Made by a program: the position numbers and the translations under genes. A stretch of DNA of 64,000 bases. It comes from Chthoniobacterales bacterium (GTDB taxonomy: Bacteria > Verrucomicrobiota > Verrucomicrobiia > Chthoniobacterales > JACTMZ01). The notes beneath the pieces were generated by a model that worked only from the letters and a program-made list of their open reading frames with translations, had not been told where the DNA came from and searched no databases. Of the stretch, positions 61,314-64,000 are shown piece after piece; positions within the stretch are counted from its first letter, which is position 1, and each line of letters starts with the position of its first letter. Where the stretch lies: positions 3,497-67,496 of the forward strand of contig JBILUI010000001.1 in the NCBI GenBank assembly GCA_044371145.1. The letters are read 5' to 3'.

Positions 61314-61568
61314 GGAGAAAATCGAGTCGGTTGTTGGCGGTATCGGTTGACTAAGGTCTGTCTCGTTTCACTTGGCTATCGGGCGGCGGAGCCAGAAGAC
61401 ACGAATCATGAACCGTCGCATGCCGTCGTTGATTGCACAATCAGTCCAAGCTACCGCCCTTGGTCGGCAGCGGTGCGAACCGCGGGACCGGCAACTTCAC
61501 CTTGTTGTTGTGTTCCGACATTCCTTCGATCGCATCCCCGTCGGAGAGGGCTGCGGTCAGCCAACGGC

Positions 61569-62084
61569 TCAGAGCTTCATGAAGCGGATGAGCCAGGGGA
61601 GAATCTTGCGCCCTTTGTCGAGCCAGTGCTTGAGGCGGTCGATGCGGTCGCGGGTGGCGCGGCGTTCTTTGGGCGGCAACTCTGCGAGCGATTCCTCCAT
61701 GCGCCGGATCCTTTCCGCTGCCATATCGATGCGAGGCTGGAGCTCGTCCTTGATGAAGGCCGTCGCGAAACGGCTGAGCTCCAGGTCGGCCACATAGTGG
61801 TCGCGACGATCACCACGCTCGTAAACCACCCGCACCGCCCCGAAAGAACGCAGGAGCTTCAGGCCTTGGCTGGCCGCGCCCAGGCTGATGCCGAGCCGGC
61901 CCATGATCTCGTCCATGGCCATCGGTTTGGGGGCCACAAAAAGCAGCCCGTAGATTTCACCAACCGATTTGGGCAATCCTATGAGGCGCAAGAAGTTGAT
62001 AAACATCTCGATCGCCTCGACCTCCAACTCGGTCAGGCGACTCTTGTCTTCCTCCACAAAAAGCGGCGGCGGCACAGTGCGCAT
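61569..62084 (-). CDS. GbsR/MarR-type winged-helix transcriptional regulator
   Basis: Winged-helix region PMAMDEIMGRLGISLGAASQGLKLLRSFGAVRVV followed by a helical C-terminus. I chose the ATG at 62084 (MRTVPPPLF). The ORF-track start 62141 extends into an A/T-rich promoter-like stretch. Confidence 0.72.
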   Translation of the reverse strand: MRTVPPPLFVEEDKSRLTELEVEAIEMFINFLRLIGLPKSVGEIYGLLFVAPKPMAMDEIMGRLGISLGAASQGLKLLRSFGAVRVVYERGDRRDHYVADLELSRFATAFIKDELQPRIDMAAERIRRMEESLAELPPKERRATRDRIDRLKHWLDKGRKILPWLIRFMKL

Positions 62085-62287
62085 CTTATAGGGCACGATT
62101 TCAGGAGCTTCAAGAAAAAATGAAATAATTGATACGCCCACGCACCGGTTTATCGAAGTGGGAACGAGAATCCTAAAGCTGTTGCCTTTGCCCTTGCCCG
62201 GCCGCGCGGAGAATTGCCTGATGGTCTTGTGCGGCGGTGGAGCCTCAACAGAATCCTACTGGGAGCGGGATTCCCGGAAAAACAACA

Positions 62288-64000
62288 ATGAAAGCAATAA
62301 CTTCCTGGCGGCTGGCTCTCGGAGGAGCTGCCCTGTCGGCCGCCTACTGTGCCGCGTTGCTCCTTCCACAGGCCCGCATGGTCGGCGAGCCAGCGACCCT
62401 TCGCGACTACGCCGTGATCTGGTCGCTCGTGGCTTGCGTGTTCAACACCGGAGTCCTGGCAGTGTTGGCAATTGTCTGCCCCTGGTGGGCTGGAGGAAAG
62501 ATCTCCGAGACCGGCCCACTCAAAACAGAGGAAAGAAGTTCATCATGGTTCTGGGTTGGTGTGACGGCGGCTGCGATTGCACTCTTCGCTATGACATTAC
62601 CGAGACTCGGCCAAAGTCTCTGGGACGATGAGGAGACTTCTCTGCGATTCTCCATCTTGGGGCGCTATCTTCGCGTACAGCCGGATGGCCGGCCGCAGTT
62701 TCACGAGGCTTCGTGGCTTGAGACACTTTTTTACTACAAGCAGCCAAACAACCACGTATTTCACAACATCCTTTCGCGCGTCAGCAACTCAACGTGGAGA
62801 AGCCTGAAGCGCCCGAGCGGGCTGCAGTTCAATGAGGAGGCCGTGCGCTTGCCGGCTTTTGTGGCTGGAATCGCGGGGATTTTCTCCCTCGCACTGTTAC
62901 TCCGGGCGATGGGTTACCCAAAGGCGGGTTTGGCCGCTGCTTGGCTGTTGGCTTTTCACCCTTGGTACCAGCGCTATGTCTGTGAGGCGCGTGGGTACAG
63001 TCTTGTCTTGGCCCTGCTTCCGGTGGCGACCCTTGTCTGGCGGGAAGCCTTGCGCACCGGGCGATGGCAATGGTGGTCGGTATTCGCGCTCGTGCAATTC
63101 GTCCTAGTTTGGACCTACCCGGCTGTTCTCTTTGTGCTGCTTCCTTTGAATCTTGCCACGCCTTGGCTTGCACTCAGAGGACGCGATTTGGCCAAACCGC
63201 CCTATGTCTCGCTGGGAAGATGGTTTTGCTGCCAATCGCTGGCCGCTGTCGCGATGATGCAGGTCGCCGCTCCGCTCCTGCCGCAGGCTCGCGAGTATTT
63301 CCGCCCGCTGGACTTCCCACCGATAGATTCCCGCTGGCTCGCCGACTTCCTCAGTTATTTGGCTGCCGGACTGCCATGGGCAACGGATGAACCCGGGCAA
63401 ATACCATCTCATCCCCAGCTTGGCGAAATGGTAGCCGCGTCGCCCACGACATGGCTTGGTGTGGGCATGGCAGCGTTGTTGCTTGCTGCCTGGGGAATGG
63501 TGACAGTGGCAAAGCACAACGAAACCGCTTGGAAATTGGTTTTCGGCTGCACACTGCTCGGGCCAATGGTCCAAATGGTGTACGCTGCGTGGCATCGGCT
63601 TACGTTCTGGGAGTGGTATATCCTCCACGTGCTTCCGTGGGCGATAGCGCTGACATGTGTCGGCTTGGATCAAATGTCGGCACTCACCCACTCCCGTCTT
63701 CCCGGATTCAGGGCTGCTCCTAGAATGATCGTTCTGCTTGCGGTCTTTTCTTACGCATGGCTAACCGAACCGGTCAGACGATGGCAATCGGCGAGGCCGG
63801 TTACGCCGACACGCGATGCCGTCCTGTGCACACGCCGCAATTTGGATCCCGACGACCCCGAGAACAGGCGCATTATGACCGCTGGCCTGACAAATCCACC
63901 TGCCTGCTACGATGCGCACGTTTTTTTCGTCAAAGATTTGGGTGAACTCGTATTGCTCTGCCGCATGTCCGATCTCACGGGCAGGCCACTGTGGCTCAAC
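62288..64000 (+). CDS. Uncharacterised GT-C-like membrane protein, paralogue of 23791..25863 (3-prime end beyond the window)
   Basis: ATG at 62288 followed by 571 stop-free codons to the window end (hand-translated; not in the ORF track). It shares SLWDDE, PNNHVFHNIL, RLPAF.AG, ARGY.LV, WQWW and WTYPAV.F with the 23791 gene. Confidence 0.7.
   Translation, partial: MKAITSWRLALGGAALSAAYCAALLLPQARMVGEPATLRDYAVIWSLVACVFNTGVLAVLAIVCPWWAGGKISETGPLKTEERSSSWFWVGVTAAAIALFAMTLPRLGQSLWDDEETSLRFSILGRYLRVQPDGRPQFHEASWLETLFYYKQPNNHVFHNILSRVSNSTWRSLKRPSGLQFNEEAVRLPAFVAGIAGIFSLALLLRAMGYPKAGLAAAWLLAFHPWYQRYVCEARGYSLVLALLPVATLVWREALRTGRWQWWSVFALVQFVLVWTYPAVLFVLLPLNLATPWLALRGRDLAKPPYVSLGRWFCCQSLAAVAMMQVAAPLLPQAREYFRPLDFPPIDSRWLADFLSYLAAGLPWATDEPGQIPSHPQLGEMVAASPTTWLGVGMAALLLAAWGMVTVAKHNETAWKLVFGCTLLGPMVQMVYAAWHRLTFWEWYILHVLPWAIALTCVGLDQMSALTHSRLPGFRAAPRMIVLLAVFSYAWLTEPVRRWQSARPVTPTRDAVLCTRRNLDPDDPENRRIMTAGLTNPPACYDAHVFFVKDLGELVLLCRMSDLTGRPLWLN

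Noticed and set aside
61347-62123. Plus-strand 258-aa ORF
   Set aside because: It is antisense to the winged-helix regulator 61569..62084, which has a recognisable HTH region. The plus-strand translation has no motifs.
1-64000. Scan for CRISPR arrays, tRNA/rRNA genes, transposases, integrases, phage genes and classic defence systems
   Set aside because: I recognised none by eye. The only selfish or mobile-type element is the vapBC pair. I cannot exclude small ncRNAs without a covariance-model search.

Overview
64-kb high-GC bacterial window. By gene style it looks Verrucomicrobia-like, but that is only a guess. The left ~5.6 kb is housekeeping, all on the minus strand: a truncated secreted protein, YjbQ, HflX, MiaA, an RRM-type RNA-binding protein and a periplasmic LTXXQ-repeat protein. 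From ~5.6 kb to the right edge (>58 kb) the window is one almost gap-free glycan assembly and decoration region. It is overwhelmingly minus-strand and tightly translationally coupled, with many ATGA/GTGA/TTGA start-stop overlaps. It holds about 20 glycosyltransferases (GT4-like, GT2, GT9, two GT61/DUF563, one exostosin/GT47-like, three GT-C membrane enzymes) and a Wzm/Wzt ABC exporter. Acylation genes are three MBOAT O-acyltransferases with SGNH-type partners, an acyltransferase-3 protein, three left-handed-beta-helix (LbH) acyltransferases and a private ACP + KAS III pair. It also has two DegT aminotransferases, six methyltransferases (one interrupted), and two unrelated sulfotransferases plus the relic of a third. 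I recognised no rRNA, tRNA, CRISPR array, transposase or integrase. The most notable observations are these. (1) A duplicated acyltransferase / aminotransferase / GT2 cassette is gene-fused in one copy and linked to ACP/KAS III. (2) A vapBC cassette sits between wzm and the rest of the export operon, bracketed by a diverged duplicate of the wzm 3-prime end. (3) The Wzt C-terminal domain resembles a degenerate Uma2/PD-(D/E)xK fold. (4) There are paired uncharacterised GT-C paralogues. (5) There are recombination scars and a lower-GC mosaic block. Both window edges cut open reading frames that the ORF track does not list.
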